From: Tubulanus polymorphus
Lineage: Eukaryota > Animalia > Nemertea
Assembly: GCF_964204645.1 (NCBI RefSeq)
Contig: NC_134035.1
Span: 8,712,451-8,776,450 of the forward strand
Direction: 5' to 3'
Length of the DNA: 64,000 nt
The notes beneath the pieces were generated by a model. It made no database searches and had not been told where the DNA came from. It saw only the letters and a program-made list of their open reading frames with translations. Each line of letters opens with the position of its first letter. Positions within the stretch are counted from its first letter, which is position 1. A program made the position numbers and the translations under genes. This document shows, piece after piece, positions 14,157 through 25,543 of this stretch.

Positions 14157-17100
14157 ATCTGATAGAGTCTACATTGGCATGTTGAAAACCATGTTGACGG
14201 CCATTATCAGGTGCGATTATGGTCAACAGTCAGATTGCGATAGTCCATCTCTAAACCTAAGTTTGATCTTTCATTTTACATCGTTTCGGGGATTTTAAAT
14301 TAGTGTCAGTATCATGGAACAATCCAGTAAAACCTATACTCAAAACCTTTGCGATGCATCCCCCCAATTCGAATATTATTCCCGCGAGCATGTGGCGTTT
14401 ATACATATGCCGAAAGGCTTTTTTTAATTGTTTCTATGTATTCGCATGAGTTTATGAATCAGAGAATCCGACTGTCTTTACTTTTCTACTTTGCAAGCTG
14501 TGGCCTCTTTTGCGCGACATTGGTTTGTGTATTCGGTAAGAACCAATACACGCACATAGATCGAATATCGGCTACTCTACTTCTGTGTATAAATCCATGC
14601 AGATGTTGCCACACTTTTAAAGACATCTAACGTATGAATACAGTCTGTTACCTAATGCGTACATGATTGTCTTATTTCATCATATTACAGAAAGCATTAA
14701 AAACTGCTTTTATATATGGATTTATTTAAAGCACACCGCGTTAGATATCATAGAGGGTAAAAATGATTTGATCTCAAATGGGATCGAATCCTACCCGATT
14801 TTATTAGGAAATTACGATCAAACTTTTTCCCAATAGATCCCCTCGAATTTAGCTCCCGTCATAGCATTTTCAAGCGCGCTCTCAAAATCCAAATATCTGG
14901 CTCGAAGCCGGGATACATACTCGCGACCTAGGCCGCTCTAAAGCCAGGTTTGATAATGATGGCACGTTTTATATTCATATCGTTATGGATGTGATTAATT
15001 TCCGCTAGAATCCTCGTTACAAAAACCTGTTCTTGGCGGAAACAAGGGCTGCGAGCTACCCGGTAGCGGATGGTCTCATCGGCGGACGAGATAAGCCTGG
15101 TGTGCGAATATAAAATCATAGATTCGCTAAATATTCATTCAATTAGATTCGAGCTAAGATATGCCAGACAATGCCGCCAGATATTTCTTGCATGAATACG
15201 TCGATGATATTCATCAAATTCGCATCTATTATACAACGTACAACAAGTGAATGTGTTTATTTGAAGACTCCGTTTTATCATGTGGCGGATTCGATGACGT
15301 CGATTTCCATTATTCGAAAAAATCTCTTTTACAGTTGCTTTAATGGCATTACTTCGTGGATAATTCTATCCTTAAAACATTCATGGTCCCAAATAGTAAT
15401 AGCCTCTGTGACAACTAGAAACAATACAATCGGCCATTCATAACATTTCATATGAAGTCAAATCAATTTTGGAAATGCAAAATACATTATTCAATTCAAG
15501 CCTTGGGTAGTTGAAAAAAATACGGAAAATTCTTTATTATACAATTTTCTTGTAGTAGATTACAAACTGCACATATAGCTTCGCTTGTTTGGCTAATGGC
15601 GAGTTGGTAATTTGCAAAATATAACTATTGTGATCTGAAAATGATTTCAAATTATATTCAAATGCTCATAATAATGCATTCTTCAACATCTCCAACCTCC
15701 TGTGGCAATCGATGATTCCACTCATGGCAGGCGAGGATCCGTCGGGTTCGCTAGTAGTTACTCGGTCTTCCGCGTCCAATTTCTTCTACATTTCAATGAA
15801 AACCGAAAATTATTAAATAAATCAATCGTTTATGAAAACTATACCGATATCTGAGTAGAAAACTCTATATAACCTGTATTTGGTAGGTCCATTGATAATG
15901 TATTGATTATTTAGCCTAAGAATTCAGTTCAAAGTTAATCGAAAATGAACTAATTTTGACAACGTATGACTGAATGCTCGTCGTGCCATCCTTTATTTCA
16001 AGGAAAAAAAATCCTTTCTACAAAAAACAATATTCATTCAATACCCGGTAATTCAGTGGTGCGCCATTGTATCGATCCCATTTTTTTCAGTTTGAAACGC
16101 GATGCGCTCGATCGAAAAATATAATGGCGGCTCATGTACGCATACACTTTCAATAGAAATTCTATTGAATTTATGAGACTTACTGGCTTTGTGAAAATCA
16201 ATCATCACAGCATTTATCCGATTTCAATTAAACAGCATATGTGGCACAAGCGGCAAATAAAATGGCTGCTTACTTTTATTAGTTCTATATATTCCGCAAC
16301 GAAATCTGTGATTGTACTGTTGTCTAACCCCCAGTGTGTACAGCTGTTACAAGATCAATCTAAATGTTGTTAGGGCAAGCAAAGCATTTCCACTGTTGCC
16401 TCGACAGCAAGTATGTCTATTTAACTTTTCATGGGCTACGCTTAGCTGATGGGATGATAGTGGACACTTTTAGGTGGAACACAAGCCAAAATCCCGCGTT
16501 AAAACGTTGCGCGCGATCCGTGCCACGCGTCGGTCATTCACTAAAATCGCGGACGTTTAATTTATTTCATAAGTCCATACTAAGTTTATAAAAAAGGTTA
16601 CATAATTTCATTTTCTTCTAATAATCGGTCATCTTTGAATCGATAGTTAAGTGTATATGCATACTTTAGGGGACGGTGAAGTGTGAGCCATGTGCGCGTC
16701 CACTTCATTTACAAGACCCGGTTCCACAGTTAAGAGTTTAGAGTCAACTGAATAACGACCAGTTGATTTTTAATTTTCTAACGCGAGAGTCGAATTCAAG
16801 CGGGTCCTCGTGTAAACGTGACCTCGTTTTTTTTTTTTAAATAAAACTCGGTCGATAAGCCTTAAAATCAAGGTACACCGTCAGTTTATGGGATCGAATT
16901 TGGGGTAGGGGATCGTGATGGGGCAGAGCGCCAACCTCGACAACGGATGGATCAATCCTGTCTTCGGGCAGAGCGTGCGGTGTATAGAAATTGGTCTCTC
17001 AAATTCACGAATTTCTGACTTCAATTGAGATTTCTGAAATCCGCTCAGAAAATCATTATAACACGTCACTTTTGATCCGTCATTCGTATGGCCTTATGAT

Positions 17101-17959
17101 CGAAACGCATTTATAGATTGGACTATATGCGTGGCGCACATGTATTCAACATTGTAACGAAATCCTGATGATTTCACAGTTTAAATAGACTTCCATTCGT
17201 TGCGTTTGTATTGACATGACTATGTAAACTGTATTCATTAAACTAATTGTCGATACATTCAAAACGGCATAAACACAGATTTTTATTGGATTTAAATGAT
17301 TTCGGATTTAATGTGCGCGCGCGCTCGTGTTTATATAAACCAATGTATTCAGAAATGATTGAATTGAAAATAAAAAGCGAAAATATATATAAACTAATTT
17401 CTCTATTTACGCGCGCGTGTACCTGGTGGCACAGATTTCATCATTTTTTCACGATGTTATTATTTCTGTTTATTATGCATTAATCTATTACTTCATTGCG
17501 ATGTTTTTAAACGTTATTCGTATGCAAAAAACAACCCAATTTTTACAACGCGATTAGTCATGAGCAGTATGAAACTTGTACAAAAACTACCAATTTCTAT
17601 AGCCCCCGAAATTAAAAATCATCCCCATTTTGCATTAGCTACTGTGCGGAATGGGGTTTGCTGATATGGAATGAGAGTTCTACTGCGAGCACTTGGTTTC
17701 GGATGTCATATTTATTCACTTAGTTACATATATTTCTATATGTTTTTCTATTCAGATTTCGATGCCCGATATAGTCACTAACAGCTGACAAAAACATCAA
17801 CGTTTTATGTCATAATGTACATGCATAGAGAGACAGAGAGTAGTGTTGGCATAAAGAACGATATTCATTAGTAATATATCGATATCGATCGATCTGTTTA
17901 GGATGAAATACTATATATATGTATATATAGCAATATTCATTAAGTAACGAGTAGTACAA

Positions 17960-18132
17960 TAACAAATAAAAACCCACAGTAGATTTGTAGAAAAAGTTAA
18001 TTTTCTAGCAGTTTCGAGGTTAATTTTAAACCTCATCTTCAAAAAGAAAAGTTTAGAATCAACCTTTATTTTCTTACAAACTGTAAGAAAATAAACTTTT
18101 TCTACAAATCTGCTGTGGGTTTTTATTTGTTA
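17960..18132. repeat. Palindromic element, possibly a Penelope-like inverted terminal relic
   Basis: About 45-bp inverted arms taacaaataaaaacccacag(t/c)agatttgtagaaaaagtt. The interior on the minus strand reads tgaagatgaggtt...aacctcgaaac. Confidence 0.65.
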
Positions 18133-18200
18133 ACTATACTGAGATTTATATCAGTTCACTGCAGTCGAGTAGTACTATATAAGTTAATTGATTATCTGAC

Positions 18201-18288
18201 GCACGAGCTTTCGCTACCAATATATGGAAGCTTCATCGGGTGAATGAGTCTGATGAAGCGTCTATACATTAGTAGCGAAAGCTCGTGC
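18201..18288. repeat. Palindrome containing a hammerhead-like CTGATGA...GAAA core
   Basis: gcacgagctttcgctac...cttcatcgg / ctgatgaagcg...gtagcgaaagctcgtgc. Confidence 0.55.
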
Positions 18289-21200
18289 GCCAAATAGATA
18301 GTTAAACTATTAGTACTAATCGTCCTGTATTTATTCTTAACCCGTTTAAAACAAGGCTACTCTACGAATCTTCTCAATATTCATTAGTAGGCCTACGTTG
18401 TAGATATATCGTTTTATATATGCACCGCCATAATGCATTTACCCAACAGAACTCCTTTTTGTCTTGTAAGCCTAGGCTGGCTTTTATTTATGTATAAAAG
18501 ATGACAATAAACTAATCATATACACATATTGATCGTTTATATTTTTCTTCGTTATTTTGATTACTGAATTAAGTTCGTCCTCCTTCATAATTAGTCACTG
18601 AATATTGTACAGGAAGCCAAACATCCATAGTAGCGATAACAATAAAAACCTCATCTCTGATAGATGAGAAATAACAGTTTAAAGCGTCTGATTTAGGGAC
18701 TGGTGTACACCTAAATATTGCATGGTCAGATCATATAGTTACAAAGGTGCCCCGAAAGAAAGCTCCTCATGAATTTTGAAAGTTTTTTGGTTTCGGTTTA
18801 ATATGATTTTTTTTAAATATTTCCCGGTATAATTTCAAGGCAACCTGACATCTTGGGGATTCGTAGCTCCTAGATCCGCCCTGAGTTAAGGTTAACAAAG
18901 GTTATTAAATTACAAGAGCTAAATTCTAGTGCAAATTAATCATTGTTGAAAATCCTATCAACATTCGTAGCTCAAACCCTGAATTCATCGCGATTTGATG
19001 AACTCATCCGTATTTTTGAACCCATTGAAATCGGGCCTCTATAATTTGAATCAGAATAATTACAATACGTATAACAACCCCTTTGTAAATCAGAATCTGT
19101 TTCGGTACCAAATAACGAACCTCTAAATGCCCGCGAGTGTCATACGTTTCGGTAGTAAACTGGAACCTGAATCATGAAATAAGCCGCTTCGCCGCAGCTA
19201 TATTATCATAAAAAATACACCGAAACAACTTACAATAAACAACGTCTGTGCTCGCAGTCGATGATTTGGCCATTATTCATTTACATTAATTTAATTACGC
19301 GACGTCAGCTTGGCCGCAAATTAACGTTCATTAGCATACATCAATGCGCTGTGAAAACGGTTATATTACCGTGATTTCGCGCAATAATCGATTCGCTTAT
19401 AATAGTAACGAATGACGTCTACGACGACGATTGGATTGTGCGCTTTAAACGTTCTCCACGCACGATTTGCGACTTGGCCGTGTCTCCACATCTGGTCGTA
19501 ATTAGCGGTACTAATTACGCGCGGTAAAACGTATATATTCTATACGCCACGGGCTTTTTTTTGTAAATAAAACGTTTTCAATATACCTCAACTAAATACG
19601 TGTTAATTCTGCTACCGCCTATCGATAGGTTCCGACATTATTTTAGGTCGTTAAAAATTGAAAATTGCACAATTACGAAATTAGAAAAGACCTTTTTGAA
19701 TGAAGTTAATTGGGTGTAATGAAAATATATTTGAGATAATTGAAAACTCGACTTGCGAGTTGAATATTGAAGAGCTGCGCAGGTCTCGACAGGAACCAAT
19801 TCTTGAATTGAAATAGTTGAGAGAACTTTCTCATCTTGCAAATCAATCGAAAATATTCTTCGAAAAAAAAAACACTTTTCCCTTCCAGTAACTTTCCGGC
19901 TTAGATGGATTACAACAATATTTGCTTTGCTAATGATATTCGGCGAATATTCTCCATAATATGGCAGCAAAGTGTCTTTGCTGTCTACGGTCGAATAACA
20001 ATTTGCGACGGTAACATCGGCCCACGGCAGAAAATCGATGTAATTCTTTGGTAAGTGAGGCGATATTTGGCACGTATTGAGGAAACGTCAACTACAGGAA
20101 AATAATCATGGCTTTATTGCTCGGTTTTATGAAGAAGTTTAAGCAAGCGAACGGATCTGTCAGCCATTAGCCGCGAATGCTGATGACAAGCAGTCGAACG
20201 GTTCGATGACGCGTATTATAGCTCTAATTGCAACAGAAGTTCAATTTTGATGAACAGTAGGAACATATATAGATGAAGCACCAATTTAAGTTTTCATCTA
20301 GTTTACAGGGGTGGTTCTAGGAAAATTGAGAGGCCGCGGTACAGAAAAGAAAGAGCATTTTTGGATAAAGCAGCCATTTCATAGGGGCTCCAACCTTTGG
20401 TGGTATTATAGATATTTTTGATACATATATCCGAAAATATGCAATTTCCGAAATAATGAATGTCAAATTTACAGGTTTTAACAATCTTTGAATTGACGAA
20501 AAGGGCAACGTAAATGTGAAGGCTGGGGTCCGGACTCCTGAGGCCACCCCCTATATCTATAGCTTGAGGTTAGTGGATTTAGGTAACCATGGACCAACGA
20601 TAGAGCCAGGGCTATTCAATAAGCTTGAGGTTAGTGGATGTACGTATAGTCATGAACCAACCCAACCATAAAGTTCATGTAAGCTGTTTTAGTAATCATT
20701 TCACGAAACCAGCGCCTGCAATCCTACAAGTTAACTAACGATTGAGAATCATAGACGTTGCCGCTGCGCGATCGACGTGAGAGATAGGGGCGCTGAAACA
20801 GTAGTCATCGTTGAATTCCGCTTCCGGCGCAGCTCGTCATCATTTCGTATTTAACAAATAATATCTTCATGTTCGAGAACGTAATGAAACGATTATTAAC
20901 AATAAATCAAACGCAACAACGTTAAAACTCGGAACCGAACGCGGACGTTATCGACTCATTTGCATATCATTACATACGATCCGATATAAATATTCAACGT
21001 AATGGGGTGTTTGATGACAAGATAGGCGACTAATCAGCGGATTTTGAGGCTTAAGCAGGCTTTTGCATGTTAATAATACTGGCAGCGGACCAGTTATCTT
21101 TTTCTACTGCCCCCGATAAGTCGATAAGGCGCATTCGATTTCGACATTCGAAGATCCATTTGTTGCCAATGTCGATAAGCAAAAAGCGATATACGCGTGC

Positions 21201-22340
21201 GCTATTAATTATACTTCGTTCCGAGGAAAAATGAACTATTGAATATTATCGAATGATTAGACACAAAGCCACAACGATAAAAATAGACTCGATCGGCTTT
21301 TCAAAAATAAAACATATTTCCCGTTGCTTCCGTCATTGCATGAATACGGGAGTGTGTTATTTTAAAAGACAGTTATTTTTGGGTAGACTACATCTTAAAA
21401 CGCGTCCATGATATAGTTCCTGTATATGTGCACAAGATCTGTTAATACAGATGCGCTTATGGTATCTAAAGAACACGCATAACGTATGGTGATCGTGACT
21501 TTGAACTGTACATGTTCACCTCGTTTATGGAATTGTCTGTCAGGGTCGTATTTAGCAGAGGGATGGAGAAGTGCCTTCTGGCAAATATTATCGCTATATC
21601 CCGCAGAACTGCCGATATGACGAATGTGAACAGTGTACGAAATCGATCTATAGGGCTATATGCGTGAAATTGGTTTGCTCCGATGTAACAAAACGCCACG
21701 CTACGGAAAATTCGGTAACTAAAAGAGAACGCCAACACAAGAAACGACTGTGCGACAAACAGCGTTCACTAACACGACTAACGAAAAATATCAACCCGGA
21801 AATAACTAAAAGACAACCAACAGAATACATAATAAAAAACAGAGTTTATTAAATCATACGAAATGTGCGTCTAGATTTTGTCGGATATTTGGTAAACTAT
21901 TACAAAAAAACAATCAATCATTGGAAGGGAATCACAGCATGTTTGTTACCTGTATATAGTACAACAACAACTAAGCACATCACATATACAACCGACTCGT
22001 CTAATGAATATTTAACCCCAAAAAAAATTGCGATTACGACTGGTTCCACAAGGCGCCGGCACACGAGCGCATTTTGCGTACACAATTTGTGCTGAGCAAA
22101 GTTCGTACGCAAGGCCTTATAAACCGGGCTTTTGACGCGGAATGGATTCAATCTTGTACCCGGTCAACTCGGTGAAAAGCCCAAACTCTGTCGCTGAGTA
22201 AGACGGCGGGGTACTTTTCATGGCTCACAGCCGTCTCTACTGCAGTCCACTGATGGAACTCAAACCCTTTGTCTGTCTATAGACTATTGAATGGAACTGC
22301 ACCCAAATAAACACGATTCTTCGGAACGGATTTCGATGGG

Positions 22341-23765
22341 TTAAACATCGATTCCGATGGAAACTCTTCTGATTCGGGGAGAGCGAGAATCCATGGCGGC
22401 CGGTGGGAATTGTTTCGGCATGTTTCTACGACGCTCTATTTCTTCCTGTAAGCGTGCGTATTGCGGGTTGTTCAGTCTGTACGACATTTTATACAGATGG
22501 GGGTCCCTGTTGTGTCGCCGGATGTACCGACCGAACATGTCCGGCCTCATGTCGGCTGTTATCTCCGTAGCCGGGTCGACGCCGGTCGAAAAATCGTTGG
22601 GCGGAATGAACCTCGTGACGTAACGTTCGAAATCGGGCGGCGGGAGGATATTCCCTATAGAAGAAAAAAAAGAGAGTAAAGCAAAAAATTCAGAATAAAG
22701 CATCGGAGCGTTAGCGAATTCTGAAACATTATGAAGACGTTAGATGTCGAATGAAGTACTTTGATCTGTGTTACCTGTAGATAAATGAAAAAGTCCCATG
22801 ATGTTTTATTAGGTAAAATGTACCACGACGTTTCGGCTGTCAACAACAGCCGAAACGTCGTGGTTTCATTTCAACTGTGCAACTTTTTCGTTTATTGTTA
22901 AGATACTGAGCACCATTAAATATTTGTCAATAGACTTACCATCTTTGTCAATAGGCGGATACCGCGCTTCGCTTTTCGCTCTCAGTCTCCGAAATTCTGA
23001 AATATCGGTTTTAGATCGAATTATTGCCAGCGCCCTCCGTTTATCGTCTTTAAACACGTCAGATTCGCGTATATATTTATCGTAAGTATTTTTCGAAACC
23101 GCCGACGGTTTCGGTATGTTTATCGGGTACATCGACGCGATTAGTTCGGTAATGTTCCGTCCGTCGGAGCCACTGTCGAATCCGTAGTTTTTACGGAAGT
23201 TGCGCCAAATGTTGCTGTTGTAACTGTCGTCAGGTCTCGACGGATGCGGCGCGCTGTGTTTTCCAGCTTCGAGCCATAACTTATACTGCAGAGACGGATT
23301 CAGGTGAACCGAATCCGCGCGATCAGTTCGTAAAACATGATTGCATTCGATGTTGAGCATAGATTTGGGCCGACGGGTTACCGCCAGCTTTTCGACCGGT
23401 CGCGGCGTGAATCCGGAATATTTCGGAGTCACCTCCTTCATCAGATTCTCCCGCTCTTCCAGACTAGGAAGTTTAGTTTCTTCTTCGTCTTTCATCTTTT
23501 TCTAAAACAAAGATCGCATAAACGAAACTTTAAATCCGTGGATATCGTCAAAACATCGTAAAATCGATGCTGAAAAAGTAGAAATTACGGTGACAAAAAA
23601 AACATTCCTGAAATATGAAAATAATGAATGGAAATTCCTGAAAGACAACTATATCATGTATGTGCCATTATATCTCACCGATAGTTGTTTGTGGCGCGCT
23701 CTCCGTTTCAAAACGCCGACGCGATTACATCCAAGAGTTTTAGTTTTCAAATTACCCCCTGCCAT
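22341..23765 (-). CDS. TEX52: TEX52-like protein; exons 23765-23679 (possible N-terminal extension), 23501-22940, 22654-22341; ~320 aa (289 aa from Met at 23495)
   Basis: Motifs PSRPDDSYNSNIWR and RAKSEARYPPIDKDG|NILPPPDFERY match TEX52 as I recall it ([38 protein letters not shown]). Introns are canonical and phase-consistent. Confidence 0.8.
22822..22864. repeat. Perfect 19-bp-stem hairpin in the TEX52 intron
   Basis: accacgacgtttcggctgt-caaca-acagccgaaacgtcgtggt. Confidence 0.85.
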
Positions 23766-24551
23766 TTTACTGAGTCAAAGCGTTCGCGTTTCTAGGCTAT
23801 ATCGTATATAGCTCCTCTAGATAGAGAACAGTAGTTCTAATTACCAGAGATCTCCAAAGTGTCACTGCGCACGCATTGTCAAACTGGTTTTTATTCACCG
23901 GCGCGATTAATCATTTTGATATATGAATAAACAAATATATCCGAACAGTGACACACTTTTATGTAAATAACAATCAAATTCATACGCGAACAGTATACTG
24001 TCATTTTACACAGCCTCGAGATATATACTGACCTCAAACTAATTCATCATATTCCATATCTTAAAGAATAGCAAGAATTTTAATTGACGAAATTGAATTT
24101 CATGATTTTATTATCATGGAAATGTGTTCGAAGTGATAAAAGCATTTTATAGCAGTTTATTTCATTAACGTACTTGTATAAAAGCTCTGATTTATTATTC
24201 CTTTACATTATGGAATCGATGCATTTCTTCGAACTAATGAGATTCTAATACCCGACTGAGCGACGGAAAGAGACACACCGACGTCGAAAATTAGTTTTAC
24301 GTGTATCAGGATACATTCGATATGTCTGTGTAATTATTGTACGATCTATCAGAACCTATCGATCGGGTGATATATATTCATCTGACGTCGAAGAAGCACG
24401 AAAATATTCGATTGCTTACCTAATTTTATTGCGACGGTATATTGACGTGTTTGCATCCGTTGTTTTATTTCCGGGTACACTCGTCCATTAGTCGTCGAGT
24501 AGGTCGTTGTTTACCTTGTGAATGGCCGCCATTTTCAGGGTGTTACTGGCC

Positions 24552-24565
24552 GTTGCTAGAGAAAC
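24552..24565 (+). promoter_or_regulatory. RFX X-box-like motif in the divergent intergenic region of TEX52 and the CCDC181-like gene
   Basis: GTTGCTAGAGAAAC resembles the X-box consensus GTTGCCATGGCAAC. It lies upstream of a putative 5'UTR exon ending at donor 24868|gtgagt. Confidence 0.45.
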
Positions 24566-25256
24566 TACGACGCTCCGGCGCTGATCCGTGTGGAAACGTC
24601 AACCCGCTCGCCGATATAGAAATACCGCGTCGACGCGGCGGGAGTGCGACGAATGATTAGCTCGTCTCGGTATAGTACTGGTAGTTCACGCTCGCGTTGC
24701 CCGTTGAAACAGCACGTTGAAGAACCGTATATCGTTAACTGTGAACATACCTGTATTAGGAAATCAATTGATACGCCGATCAATAACTATATTGACAGGT
24801 CTGACACGTACAGTAATATATTGATATCGGGATAGATAAGACTTGACAGTACACGTGTTCGTGTTATGGTGAGTATATGTCTTCATATTGTCTAAGCTTA
24901 GACATTGTTCAGCATTTTCTCATTAACTTCAATCGTAGACGAATTTCTCAATTTATCTCAATCTCAATATCAATTTTGTCAGAAATTACTCGTTTGACAT
25001 AATAACGTGAATATGAGTCGTACTTTAATCTATCTAATGCATGAGAAATATACCATCATGACGAACCAGTTTTCACTAGACGGTGTAAACAATATGTAAT
25101 TGTATGGTAGAGTAGATTAGGTCCTATCTATAATTAAAAACCTACCTGTCGATATTAGCATAGGGCTTGTAGAAGTAAATAACACGTATACATTTATAAT
25201 TCAGCCTGAACTGAAATTACCATTTTCTACATTGAATACAATGTAAATTGTGTGAC

Positions 25257-25468
25257 GAGAGGAATCCCACAATAAATCAGCCAAAGATATAAAGTTCAAT
25301 AGTAAAAGAGTATATATTTTGAGCAACGTTTCGTAATTAGCCATCATCGGGCGTAAGGACGATACTGTAGTTAATTAGCCTTTAGCCGAAACGTTGCTCA
25401 AACATATATACATACATTTCCATTCAAGAACTTTACATTTTTTGGTTGAATTATTGTGGATTTCCCTC
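25257..25468. repeat. Palindromic element, Penelope-like relic family
   Basis: Inverted arms gaggaatcccacaataaatcagccaaa...tttgagcaacgtttcg / cgaaacgttgctcaaa...ttggttgaattattgtggatttccctc. Confidence 0.6.
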
Positions 25469-25543
25469 ATACGTTCATCTTACACGGATATTGTGTATCA
25501 TCTCGATCTATAATGTCAATTTTGTTGTGATTCTAGGGCAGAA

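Noticed and set aside
21520-21852. Cys-containing ORF (CRYDECEQCTKSI...) as a zinc-finger gene
   Set aside because: In-frame stop just upstream, no ATG, no convincing family motif or splice partners
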